DNA of 64,000 nucleotides from a virus. A model generated the notes under the pieces. The model was given only the letters and a program-made list of their open reading frames with translations, was not told the origin of the DNA and searched no databases. The position numbers and the translations under genes were made by a program. Positions within the stretch are counted from its first letter, which is position 1, and every line of letters starts with the position of its first letter. The DNA lies in IMG/VR virus record IMGVR_UViG_3300045988_163663. One strand, written 5' to 3'. This document shows, one piece after another, positions 30,019 to 39,719 of the stretch.

Positions 30019-30617
30019 TGTTTTTAATTGTTTTAGGTATTTTTATTGTATTTGCTATTATCTGTTTTACAGTATTTAGTTATTTCAAAGACTGGGAAAA
30101 TTATAAGGGTTTTAAAGAAGGAGCTATTAAATGGCATGAAAAAACTGTTGAGCTTACCTTCGATGAAGTAATGAAATACTCTGCTATTAAACCTGATAAA
30201 TGGTGTGTTACTGGTAATAGCATTTCTTATAAGACTGGTAAGCGTACTCGTAATGGTGGCGAAAATAATTTTTATGTGTATTTTAGTTCTTATAAGGAAT
30301 ATCGTAAATTTATCCAATGGTGGGAAAATAAAAAGATTAAAGCAAAACAAGAAGACGAATTGCTTAAAGGTCTTGAATTCTGCGATCTTATGAAAAAAGA
30401 TTGTCAAGCCCTTAAAGAAGAAAGCCAAGAGGCAATTCGTAAGGCGGCGATTAATAGTGCCAAGCTTATTAAGCAAACGGTTGAAAATGATGCTGAACTT
30501 AAACATATTTATAAGTGTGTAGTTAATGAAGATGGCACTGTTGAACTTGTTAAATATGATTATACTGCAACTGCACAATTGAGTAAACAGCCGGAAGGTT
30601 CTATTACTTGTTCATAA
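30018..30617 (+). CDS. membrane-anchored hypothetical protein
   Basis: N-terminal TM helix; ORF 199 aa. Confidence 0.4.
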   Translation: MFLIVLGIFIVFAIICFTVFSYFKDWENYKGFKEGAIKWHEKTVELTFDEVMKYSAIKPDKWCVTGNSISYKTGKRTRNGGENNFYVYFSSYKEYRKFIQWWENKKIKAKQEDELLKGLEFCDLMKKDCQALKEESQEAIRKAAINSAKLIKQTVENDAELKHIYKCVVNEDGTVELVKYDYTATAQLSKQPEGSITCS

Positions 30618-30677
30618 ATTTGAAAAAAATAAAAAAATATTATATAATATTTATATAAAAGATAAGGAGTAATTAAT

Positions 30678-30902
30678 ATGTTTGGTTTTGATGATAGCTA
30701 TTTTTTGTTCATGAATGAAGCAGAGGGTACTGGAATGGTAAACACTCGTACTGGATGTATTAATACTCTGGTACGTAAGATGCAAGAAAGTCCTCGATGG
30801 TATGTTGAGGAAAATTTTAATATTATGTGTGAAGAGTGCGGGATTGAGGATATTACACCTGCCGAAGAAGATATGGTATGGGAGATGTATAGCCGAGGAT
30901 GA
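30678..30902 (+). CDS. hypothetical protein
   Basis: ORF 74 aa. Confidence 0.4.
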   Translation: MFGFDDSYFLFMNEAEGTGMVNTRTGCINTLVRKMQESPRWYVEENFNIMCEECGIEDITPAEEDMVWEMYSRG

Positions 30903-32479
30903 AAGTTTATTTAAAAGACATATGGCCGATGGACAAGAAAAGAACTTATAGTCCAGTTTATGATGCTAAGGTTTATGATAAAGAAGCTTGGGAAAAACTA
31001 TTAGAAGATTTTAACGAGAATGTTAAAGTAGGAACTTATAGCAAATTACCTTATGCTGATTGGAGAGTTCTTCATCTGATGGATGGAGATTACAAGGTAG
31101 TCTGGTTTGAAATTGATAATGTATATCTGGCTCCTACGGTAGCTCATATTCAGGAATTTAAATATTTAAAAGATTCAGATAATTTTAGAATGGTAGGTAC
31201 TGATAAGAAGTATGATACTTCTGAGGCTTATTCATTTGGTGCATATTTGGCTGATATGCTATTCTATGATTATTTTGATTGTATGGAAACTACTGGAAAG
31301 ACAGATGATTATAGATTATTTGGCTTGAATAATTTAGGAGCATATGGTTCAGAGGATAGTATCGGTTGGCGTGCTATTAATTGGGCACTTAATCCCGCGG
31401 TGGAGGGTACAACTGGTCAAGTGATTTTTAGTGATGTAAAAAAAGATATAAAGAAACTCAATTGCGAGTTTAATAAAACTACTGAAATTATTAATAATTG
31501 TTATAATAAAATTAACGAAAATACTGAATGGCTTAATAAAGTATATGAAGATGTAGATAGAGTAAAAAATACCGCATTTTCTGATACGGCAACTATTAAT
31601 GTTAGCCCTATTGATCCAGCTAAACTGGATACTAAAGATGCAACAGCTTCTACTGCTTCTGTTAGTATAGATTGGGGATATCGTCCAACCGCTTCTACAG
31701 CTAGTTCTATTATTGGTGGAGGCGTTGCGGAAAATACTATTAAAATTGGCAATGATGGTTCATATGCAACAACTATTTCAATTGATAGTGGTTTAACTAG
31801 CCGTCTTGATACAATGGAAGAAAGAATTAATAAACTTGAAACAAACAATGATGATGTGAAAGGTAAAGGAAATAATATGAAGATGTTTAATTTTGATTTT
31901 GGTCCGATTAAGGATAATGATGCTGTCCGTATGTCGCCGTATGGTCTGGCTGTTAAGAATGTTAATGGCACTTATCAGGCATATGATAAGAAGAACGGCG
32001 AAATTATGGATGTTGATATTTTCAACTTTAAAGCTGATAATATGTTCTTCAAGATGCCTGTTGGTATTGACGCTATTGAAGCTGGCGATGTAATTATTTT
32101 CAACAGACGTCCGTGCTTTGTCTTTGGTTTCTCTGAGCAGGGTGATGTAATTGCAATTGATATTGCAATGGGTGAGAAGAAGACTATTATGCCGACACGT
32201 AGTCCTTTCGGTTTTAATTTCATTACGAAGGTTGTGTCTCTGGCTGATGGCATGCTTGGCGGTACTCCTTCTGCTGAAAATCCCTTCGGTAATATGTGGA
32301 TGTTTGCAATGATGGATGATAAGTCCTCTATGAAAGATATGCTGCCGATGATGATGCTGATGAATGGCAATGCCGGCGGCACAATGGACCCGATGATGCT
32401 GTACTTCATGATGAAGGACGGCAAGGGTGATGATGAAAGTATGCTTCCTCTTCTTCTTATGATGAATATGAAGAAGTAA
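30899..32479 (+). CDS. hypothetical protein with Met-rich C-terminal tail
   Basis: 526 aa; last ~70 aa MLPMMMLMNGNAGGTMDPMMLYFMMKDGKGDDESMLPLLLMMNMKK. Confidence 0.5.
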   Translation: MKVYLKDIWPMDKKRTYSPVYDAKVYDKEAWEKLLEDFNENVKVGTYSKLPYADWRVLHLMDGDYKVVWFEIDNVYLAPTVAHIQEFKYLKDSDNFRMVGTDKKYDTSEAYSFGAYLADMLFYDYFDCMETTGKTDDYRLFGLNNLGAYGSEDSIGWRAINWALNPAVEGTTGQVIFSDVKKDIKKLNCEFNKTTEIINNCYNKINENTEWLNKVYEDVDRVKNTAFSDTATINVSPIDPAKLDTKDATASTASVSIDWGYRPTASTASSIIGGGVAENTIKIGNDGSYATTISIDSGLTSRLDTMEERINKLETNNDDVKGKGNNMKMFNFDFGPIKDNDAVRMSPYGLAVKNVNGTYQAYDKKNGEIMDVDIFNFKADNMFFKMPVGIDAIEAGDVIIFNRRPCFVFGFSEQGDVIAIDIAMGEKKTIMPTRSPFGFNFITKVVSLADGMLGGTPSAENPFGNMWMFAMMDDKSSMKDMLPMMMLMNGNAGGTMDPMMLYFMMKDGKGDDESMLPLLLMMNMKK

Positions 32480-32625
32480 GGTTAGTATAGATATTTCTAA
32501 ATATTTGCCAGTTTAGAAAATCACTTCCTTTACGAAATAGACCTCGGTTATCCGGGGTCTATTTTATTTTTATAAAAAAATATAATAAAATATATATATA
32601 AATTAAAAGGAAAAGGTGAATTAAA

Positions 32626-34290
32626 ATGACAGATTTGAGGACTCTTATTCCAGAAGAAGAAAAGAACCTGCTGCACGATTATATTAAAGAGTACCTTCAT
32701 TCTGATAATTACTGTACAGTAGATGAAATTAATCATCTTCTGCGGTTTTGGGCTGTCGAAAAGCCCGACCTGTATAAGCTGTTGGGCAACAACCTGATGG
32801 TTAAAGACCATATTGCTTATCAGGCATCTGAAGAGGATTTGATGGATAAGTTCAGTGAAATGTATGAAGAAATTTATAATAATCCTGAATTAGCAAACGT
32901 TAAAAAATTCATTGACTCTTACGAGCAGATTACTAATATTTATTATTCTTGGATGGATGCCACTCTTGATAAGGATGAACGTGTTAATTGTTGTAGCATG
33001 ATTGAGCATTGCCTTGATAGTGAATCTCTCGTAGCCAATAAAAATGTGTATATGTTTGATTGGGGTCGCAAATCTGTTACTATTCGCCGTGGTCCGCATG
33101 CAGATACTTCAAAGCCGCTTGAACTGAAGAGTGATATGAAGTTGATGCGAATGATGGCTAAAATTGTCGATTGGTTTGAGCTGGACAAAGAAGCATTTGA
33201 ACAGTTCCGTATTCTTCATTCGCGTGTTTTGAATGATCGTATGATTAATGCTAATATTACATTGTCTATTCATCCGCTTGACTATCTTACTATGAGTGAC
33301 AATGCTTGTGATTGGGAGAGCTGTATGAACTGGTATCAGGGTGGCGATTATCGTCTTGGTACTGTTGAAATGATGAACTCCCCTGTTATCCTTGAAGCAT
33401 ATGTTGAGTCTGAGCATCCTTATTGTCCTATTGATCGTGATAATAGAACTTGGAGCAATAAGCGTTGGCGGTGTCTTTATATTGTTAATAAGGATATTAT
33501 CACTGAAATCAAACAGTATCCTTATAATAACATTTATCTGCGTGACTATGTGCTGAATAAGATTAAGCAGTTGGCTGAACAGAATATGGGCTGGCATTAT
33601 GATGATAAAATGTATGAGGTTTGGCAGAACCAGAATAATGATACTGATTTTGGTCAGGTTTATATCCGCATGAGGACCGGAGCTATGTATAATGATTATT
33701 ATGATAATCATTATGCTTATATCAATCCAGAAGTCAAAGAAGTAGAAGTTTGTTATTCTGGTGTAGCTGAATGTATGTGTTGCGGCAAAGGCTACGAAGC
33801 TGACCCGAGTGGAAATGTAGATGCATTTGTAGAATGTGATAAAGTCGTATGTGCAACCTGCGAAGGCAAAGTCCAGTGCGATGATTGCGGTGCTTGGATT
33901 GATAGTGAAGATGCTTGGTTTTGTAGTGAAGATGGTGCAACTTATTGTAGTTGGTGTGCAGAGGGCCGCACCCAGGTTTGTAGCTGCTGCGGAGAAACTA
34001 AATGGCTTGATTATGATTTCAAGAAGCAGGCTCTTCCATATATGTTTGAAGTAAAAACTCCTAATGGTAAGCATCGTCGAGATATTGGAAATCCGATTGA
34101 TGTCTGTGATGATTGCTATGAAGATTATTGTTTCGATGATGTACCAAAGGAACCAGACTTGTGGGGAGATTTTCAATATATTGATGTTGACAAGGTAGAT
34201 AAGAAGGTATGGGAGCCATTTCTGTCCCTTGAAAGAATTGCTGATGCCAAGGTGCGGCTAAAGGCAACTTACCCTGATGATTATGTTTAG
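32626..34290 (+). CDS. large HPLDY/SCMNW-family protein with C-terminal zinc-ribbons (paralog A)
   Basis: LSIHPLDYLTMSDNACDWESCMNWYQGGDYRLGTVEMMNSP core shared with 39720 and 43959; CMCCG..C..C repeats. Confidence 0.55.
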   Translation: MTDLRTLIPEEEKNLLHDYIKEYLHSDNYCTVDEINHLLRFWAVEKPDLYKLLGNNLMVKDHIAYQASEEDLMDKFSEMYEEIYNNPELANVKKFIDSYEQITNIYYSWMDATLDKDERVNCCSMIEHCLDSESLVANKNVYMFDWGRKSVTIRRGPHADTSKPLELKSDMKLMRMMAKIVDWFELDKEAFEQFRILHSRVLNDRMINANITLSIHPLDYLTMSDNACDWESCMNWYQGGDYRLGTVEMMNSPVILEAYVESEHPYCPIDRDNRTWSNKRWRCLYIVNKDIITEIKQYPYNNIYLRDYVLNKIKQLAEQNMGWHYDDKMYEVWQNQNNDTDFGQVYIRMRTGAMYNDYYDNHYAYINPEVKEVEVCYSGVAECMCCGKGYEADPSGNVDAFVECDKVVCATCEGKVQCDDCGAWIDSEDAWFCSEDGATYCSWCAEGRTQVCSCCGETKWLDYDFKKQALPYMFEVKTPNGKHRRDIGNPIDVCDDCYEDYCFDDVPKEPDLWGDFQYIDVDKVDKKVWEPFLSLERIADAKVRLKATYPDDYV

Positions 34291-34369
34291 TTTAAATTCT
34301 TGCCAAAATTGAATACTCGAAAATTTATAAAAAATTTGATATAATATATATAGAAAGGATGGGAGAGAT

Positions 34370-34813
34370 ATGGAACGCATTTATAAATTGACTTATGGTT
34401 CTGACTATGAAGAACAGAAACTTGGTTATCTTACAGAAGATAAGCTGAATGATTATCTTGAAGAGTTGTTTCATTCAACTCTGATGAAAGATAGTATTCA
34501 TAGTCATTTTGAAACTCTCCGAGCAGAAAAGATTAGATATGCAACCAAGCGTTATAATGCTATTCAGGATATGAATAAATATCTTCCCATCCTTCAGGAA
34601 GGCAAAGCAAGTCCTGAATATAGGAATGCCAAGAAAGAATATAAGAAATATGAACGCATTATCATTGATTGTAAATGGCAAATGAAGAAAGCGGATATGC
34701 TGCTTGAGGAATGCAAGAAATGGACGGCAGTTGATTGGCTTCATTGGGCTGATTATAATTGGGAGCCGATTGAACTTAATGTAATCAGACAAGTTAATGA
34801 GGAGGATTGCTAA
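34370..34813 (+). CDS. hypothetical protein, tandem paralog 1
   Basis: DWLHWADYNWEPI shared with next gene. Confidence 0.45.
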   Translation: MERIYKLTYGSDYEEQKLGYLTEDKLNDYLEELFHSTLMKDSIHSHFETLRAEKIRYATKRYNAIQDMNKYLPILQEGKASPEYRNAKKEYKKYERIIIDCKWQMKKADMLLEECKKWTAVDWLHWADYNWEPIELNVIRQVNEEDC

Positions 34814-35271
34814 TGACAATTTATAAGGTAAGCCGCGGCAATGCTTGGGATGAATATGACATTGCTTATCTTACAGAAGATAAGTTGGAAGAATATCTCA
34901 ATGCTGTTTACAATAGCTCTTGGATGGAACAGCATAAGCATAATCATCTTGATGGTATCAATGAGACAGAGAAAGATTACAAAGAAAGTTTTGATAGATA
35001 TATTCAAAGCTGTAATTTCTATCTTCATGCTCCAAAACATGGACAGTTAAGTAAAGAAGCTTCTAAAAATAATTTCAATCAGTGTGAACGAAAAATTATA
35101 GAAACACGCAATAGACTTCAGCAAATCCAAGAGATTAAAGAAGAAGTAGTCAATTGGAGCAAGGAAGATTGGCTGCATCACGCACATTATAATTGGGAAC
35201 CTATCCGAATTAATGATATGGAAAATCTTGAAAGACCTGATGATGACAGAACAAGTGAGGATTGGATGTAA
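34807..35271 (+). CDS. hypothetical protein, tandem paralog 2
   Basis: DWLHHAHYNWEPI. Confidence 0.45.
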   Translation: MLMTIYKVSRGNAWDEYDIAYLTEDKLEEYLNAVYNSSWMEQHKHNHLDGINETEKDYKESFDRYIQSCNFYLHAPKHGQLSKEASKNNFNQCERKIIETRNRLQQIQEIKEEVVNWSKEDWLHHAHYNWEPIRINDMENLERPDDDRTSEDWM

Positions 35272-35504
35272 TGGAAAAGAAAAAGATTGTAATTAAAGTT
35301 TTGAGTGAGTGCGGTACTCTGACCGCAAAACAGATTTCTGCATTTGCTAAACGTAAGTATGATTTTGACATTACACCACAGGGTGCCTCGGGTGTAATGC
35401 GTGGTCTCATTGGTCAAGGCTTGGCTGGTAGTTCTAAGGATGAAAATAACCATACAAGATATTGGCTTAATACTTGCTCTTGGAAGGATATGTCAGATGT
35501 TTAA
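35262..35504 (+). CDS. small putative DNA-binding protein
   Basis: ORF 80 aa. Confidence 0.35.
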   Translation: MDVMEKKKIVIKVLSECGTLTAKQISAFAKRKYDFDITPQGASGVMRGLIGQGLAGSSKDENNHTRYWLNTCSWKDMSDV

Positions 35505-35727
35505 AAAATGTATTGTAACTATTCTATTAGTTGTAACTGTTGGATTACTTCTTATTTCGTCTTGGAAATATACTTCTAATAAAATTCGTATTTTTCCTAA
35601 TACCTTTGGTTCTCAGGGTGTTGAAATTCAGAAACGTGATGGTTATAAAATTAATACAATGCATCCTTATGAAATGATTGAAACAGAAGATGGATATGAT
35701 TTAATTATTCATTTTATTAAGGAGTAA
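35497..35727 (+). CDS. small membrane protein
   Basis: MFKKCIVTILLVVTVGLLLIS TM helix. Confidence 0.4.
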   Translation: MFKKCIVTILLVVTVGLLLISSWKYTSNKIRIFPNTFGSQGVEIQKRDGYKINTMHPYEMIETEDGYDLIIHFIKE

Positions 35728-35728
35728 T

Positions 35729-35899
35729 ATGGCTGAATGTAAATATTTTAGTTATGAAGATACGACTCCTTGGCACGGTGATGTGTTTGATCATCCTGAT
35801 TATAAGTATTATTGTTTAAAGAATGAAAAGAAAAAAGAAATTTTTTCTTGGACTTGTTCAAAATGCCCTTATTATAAGGAGAAGAAAAATGATTCATAA
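35729..35899 (+). CDS. small zinc-ribbon protein
   Basis: MAECKY...CLKN...CSKCPYY. Confidence 0.35.
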   Translation: MAECKYFSYEDTTPWHGDVFDHPDYKYYCLKNEKKKEIFSWTCSKCPYYKEKKNDS

Positions 35900-36161
35900 A
35901 ATGATTGCATGCTCAGAAGAATGTCTCCGCTTGGCCTGTTGTAATGTTTGTAAATATGTTATTCTAGATTATTTTTTTGAGAAAGATAAAGATGGAAATA
36001 TGCAGATTGTAAATGGTGGACCATATGGTTGTTCTCTCCATAAAGATAGTGACCATCAAATGATTGCTGAAAGTTATGGCTATTGTCCAGATTTCCATTG
36101 CAGAAATGCTACTGAGGAAAATGAATACAAATGGGTTGTAAAGGAGACTATTGATGACTGA
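35889..36161 (+). CDS. Cys-rich hypothetical protein
   Basis: CSEECLRLACCNVC... Confidence 0.4.
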   Translation: MIHKMIACSEECLRLACCNVCKYVILDYFFEKDKDGNMQIVNGGPYGCSLHKDSDHQMIAESYGYCPDFHCRNATEENEYKWVVKETIDD

Positions 36162-36402
36162 ATATAAATGTAAAGTATATCTGGTTCCGCCGCAGATAGG
36201 TTGGCATGGATTTAGTCTAGTTGCTGCCCTTGATGCTGAATATGCTAATCAAATTATTCGGAAAGCCGCTGGAGAGAGTAGATATTATTGGGGCTATTCA
36301 CACGTGCGAGAGTATGATGCTATTGATAATGTTTATTCTGATACTATTGGATTTGTATATGAAGGGATTTTTGAAGACGATGAATATAGCAGAATTGATT
36401 AA
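36151..36402 (+). CDS. hypothetical protein
   Basis: ORF 83 aa. Confidence 0.4.
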   Translation: MMTEYKCKVYLVPPQIGWHGFSLVAALDAEYANQIIRKAAGESRYYWGYSHVREYDAIDNVYSDTIGFVYEGIFEDDEYSRID

Positions 36403-36619
36403 ACTGGTTGAAAAAACTGATTGGAATAAATATCAGAAAGAAGATATTCTTGATTCGGTTAAAGAGCATCCTGAACTTCTGGATATGACACCTGTTCAGC
36501 TTCGTACCAGAGCCAGAGATTTGGATTGGGATGCTGATGGATATATGAATAAGGTTAATAGCCTTGAAAATGAAGCGGCTTTGACCAGAGATTTAATTGA
36601 AATTATGTATGGAGAGTGA
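36380..36619 (+). CDS. hypothetical protein
   Basis: MNIAELIKLVEK...; internal start of longer listed ORF. Confidence 0.35.
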   Translation: MNIAELIKLVEKTDWNKYQKEDILDSVKEHPELLDMTPVQLRTRARDLDWDADGYMNKVNSLENEAALTRDLIEIMYGE

Positions 36620-37431
36620 TAATTATGAATTACCATTCAGATAAATGGGTTATGGATAAGGTAGAAACTCATTTAGAAGCAGCTAATATTAGAAGCGAAA
36701 ATTGGGTTAGTTTAATGGCTTATGGTAGCCAGAATTATGGTCTTGATACTCAAAATTCTGATGTAGATACCCGCCTTATTGTTCTTCCTTCATTTGAAGA
36801 TATTGTATTGAATAAGAAGCCGGTATCTTATACCAAGATTCTTTCTAATGATGAACACATTGATTTTAAAGATATTCGTTTGTTCATTGATTGTTTGAAG
36901 AAACAGAATATGGCTTATCTTGAATGTATCTTCACGCCTTATAAAATGGCATCAAGTACGTATTGGAATGAGTGGCAGGCACTGCTTAATGAGCGTGAAG
37001 CTATTGCACGCTATAATCCTTACAAGGCAGTTAAGACAATGAAGGGTATTGCTATGGAAAAATACCATGCAATGGAACATAGATATCCTACTAAGGCCCA
37101 TCTGATTGATACATATGGTTATGATAGCAAGCAGCTTATGCATCTGCTTCGTATTGAAAGATACCTTGGACGTTATATTGATGGTGTTAAATATGCAGAT
37201 TGTCTTCAAGCCCCAATGGGTGATTATCTTCTTGATGTAAAAAATTATCATTATAATCTTGAAACTGCACGAATTGTAGCCAATACTGCTATTAGTAATA
37301 TTACAAGAGTAGCTGATGATTATTGTTCTAAGACCAAGGATGAAGGTAATGAAGAGCTTGAAGATTTTATGAATAAGATTGTTTATCTTATTATGAAAAA
37401 AAGAATTGTAAAGGAAATGTTAAATGTCTGA
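36616..37431 (+). CDS. Pol-beta superfamily nucleotidyltransferase
   Basis: YGSQNYGLDTQNSDVDTRLIV = GS-x9-D-x-D NTase signature. Confidence 0.5.
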   Translation: MIIMNYHSDKWVMDKVETHLEAANIRSENWVSLMAYGSQNYGLDTQNSDVDTRLIVLPSFEDIVLNKKPVSYTKILSNDEHIDFKDIRLFIDCLKKQNMAYLECIFTPYKMASSTYWNEWQALLNEREAIARYNPYKAVKTMKGIAMEKYHAMEHRYPTKAHLIDTYGYDSKQLMHLLRIERYLGRYIDGVKYADCLQAPMGDYLLDVKNYHYNLETARIVANTAISNITRVADDYCSKTKDEGNEELEDFMNKIVYLIMKKRIVKEMLNV

Positions 37432-37615
37432 AGATAATATGACTATTGAAATTGATAGTCGAGATATTGAAGAAATTGAAAATAATTTTGATGATCTTGG
37501 TAAATGGCTGACTGAACATTTTACCAGATTTGGTGCTCAAGCTGTTGTGCTTAGTGCAGTTATAGAAAAAGTAGAAGAATTAAAGGAAGAGTTGGCTAAA
37601 GAAGAAAATACGTAA
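37424..37615 (+). CDS. hypothetical acidic protein
   Basis: ORF 63 aa. Confidence 0.35.
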   Translation: MSEDNMTIEIDSRDIEEIENNFDDLGKWLTEHFTRFGAQAVVLSAVIEKVEELKEELAKEENT

Positions 37616-37628
37616 GGAGGGAACTTCA

Positions 37629-38408
37629 ATGTTCAAGGACTGGGTTGTCCGAGGCGATTGTCATGGCGATTTCACATGGCTTAACGCAAGAATGTTTAGA
37701 ATTTTAAATCCAAAAGACTACGCAATTATTATCCTTGGTGACGTAGGTTTCAATAGTGGCAATACATTCCGGGATGATATGAAGAAAAAGTATGCAAGCC
37801 AGTTTGGATATTCTATCTATTGCGTGCGTGGTAACCATGAGGTACGTCCTGAGAATGTTGAAGGTATGGAACGCATTTGGGATAGTAATGTCCAAGCTAA
37901 CGTATGGTATGAGCCGGCCTACCCTTTGATTAAATATTTTGATAATTATGGGGTTTATTATCTTAAAACAGAAGATAGAGAATATCGCACGTTGGTCATC
38001 TGCGGGGCTTACTCTGTTGATAAATATTACCGTCTTAAAAATAATCTGCTCTGGTGGGAAGATGAGCAGTTGACTGATGCAGAGAAGTCAGAAGTAGAGA
38101 GACTTATTCGGCAGACTAACAAGCATTTTGACCTTGTGCTCTCGCACACTTGCCCTTATTCTCTTAGGCCAGTTGATAAATTTCTTTCAGTAGTAGACCA
38201 ATCTACTGTAGATACATCTATGGAAGAGTGGCTTGAAACTATTAAGAATATGATTACATATGATGTATGGCTTAGTGGGCATTATCATGTTGACCGATTT
38301 ATCAATAAGCATAATATTCTCTATTTTAATTGCATTGACTCATTAGAGGATATTTTTCTCTGGCATGATAAAATGGATGATACTGTAAATAACATTGACC
38401 GCATCTAA
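37629..38408 (+). CDS. calcineurin-like metallophosphoesterase
   Basis: GDCHGD, ILGDVGFN, VRGNHE motifs. Confidence 0.65.
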   Translation: MFKDWVVRGDCHGDFTWLNARMFRILNPKDYAIIILGDVGFNSGNTFRDDMKKKYASQFGYSIYCVRGNHEVRPENVEGMERIWDSNVQANVWYEPAYPLIKYFDNYGVYYLKTEDREYRTLVICGAYSVDKYYRLKNNLLWWEDEQLTDAEKSEVERLIRQTNKHFDLVLSHTCPYSLRPVDKFLSVVDQSTVDTSMEEWLETIKNMITYDVWLSGHYHVDRFINKHNILYFNCIDSLEDIFLWHDKMDDTVNNIDRI

Positions 38409-38501
38409 ACGGTCAATTCTTTTTAGCTATTAAATTTGACTTTTCATATAAAATATAGTATTATTTACTAGCTATTTATTTTATATTAAAGGAGAATTAA
38501 T

Positions 38502-39089
38502 ATGCGAAAATTCTTAAATGTCATTCTTGTAATCGCTATGGTTGCTTTAATGATGATGCCAGTAAATGCTTTTAACGTAATAAGTTATAGTGTTGATGGC
38601 GGAAGCAGGTCAGAAATCGAATACGGTCCTACAGAATATTGTAATTGCGGAATCGACCATACTAATAAACCCTTTGAATGGTGGACTGATATTACATCTA
38701 CTGATAGCCCTCAATGGGATTTAATTCATAATTATTTAACTGTTTAGGAAAACGGCACATTAGCTACTGATGATGGCTATACTGCTTGTGCTCTTGGAAG
38801 GTATTTCGGTAAGATTGGTTCAAAATGGATTTTTATTTGTGAAGATGGTTCAGAAATTAAGGTAGTTAAAGCTGATGAAAAGCAAGACCGCCATACAAAA
38901 AACTGGGATTTAATTCACGGTATTATTTGTGATGAATTAATTGAGCTTGTTGTAGATAGTAAGATTAGTCAAACTTGCCCAACTGGCAATTTCAAAGACC
39001 TTGAAGGCTTTGAAGGTAACATAATTGGGTGGAAAGAAGTCCTTAATAATGAATTACCCGATTTGTTAAAAGGAATAATTTATAAATAA
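38502..39089 (+). CDS. secreted hypothetical protein (TAG-containing)
   Basis: Signal peptide MRKFLNVILVIAMVALMMMPVNA; in-frame TAG at 38745 joins two ORF segments. Confidence 0.45.
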
Positions 39090-39115
39090 AATAATATTAA
39101 ATGAGGTAATATAAA

Positions 39116-39616
39116 ATGAGCGTAGTTGCCGCGAAGGTATATGATAATAATATTCAAATGTCTGCAGATAGTATTTTAACTAATGGATGGGAAAAAGACC
39201 CCAATACTAACTTTACTAAAATTATTTCTTTAAATGATATGATTGTTGGTAGTGTTGGTAATGCAGATGAATGTAGCCTTATGTGGCTATATATGGAAAA
39301 TCATCAGCCGCTTAATGCTACAGAGAGAGAAATTCTTAATTATTTTGCTGAATTTGGTAAATGGAAAGGCGATATTGCTAATACTCGTGATATTAAGAAT
39401 AGTTATTTAATGGCTTTTGAAGGTCATCTTTTCCAGATTTGTGGATATTTGGTTAGAGAAATTAAAGATTATTATGCCATCGGTGCTGGTGCTCCTTATG
39501 CTTTGACAGCACTTCATCTTGGACATGATTCAGAAGAAGCTGTTAAAGTTTCTTGTGCTATGTGTTGCTTCGTTTGTGAACCTATTGTGACATATAATCA
39601 GAAAAAAGATAATTAA
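39116..39616 (+). CDS. HslV/proteasome-like Ntn peptidase
   Basis: AIGAGAPYALTALHLG aligns with HslV AIGSGGPYAQAAARAL. Confidence 0.5.
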   Translation: MSVVAAKVYDNNIQMSADSILTNGWEKDPNTNFTKIISLNDMIVGSVGNADECSLMWLYMENHQPLNATEREILNYFAEFGKWKGDIANTRDIKNSYLMAFEGHLFQICGYLVREIKDYYAIGAGAPYALTALHLGHDSEEAVKVSCAMCCFVCEPIVTYNQKKDN

Positions 39617-39719
39617 ACATAGATAAAAAGGGATAAAGATTTGATTCTTTATCCCTTTTTTATTTTTATAAAAAAATATTATAAAATATTTATAGAAAAA
39701 ATAAAGGGAGTAAATAATC

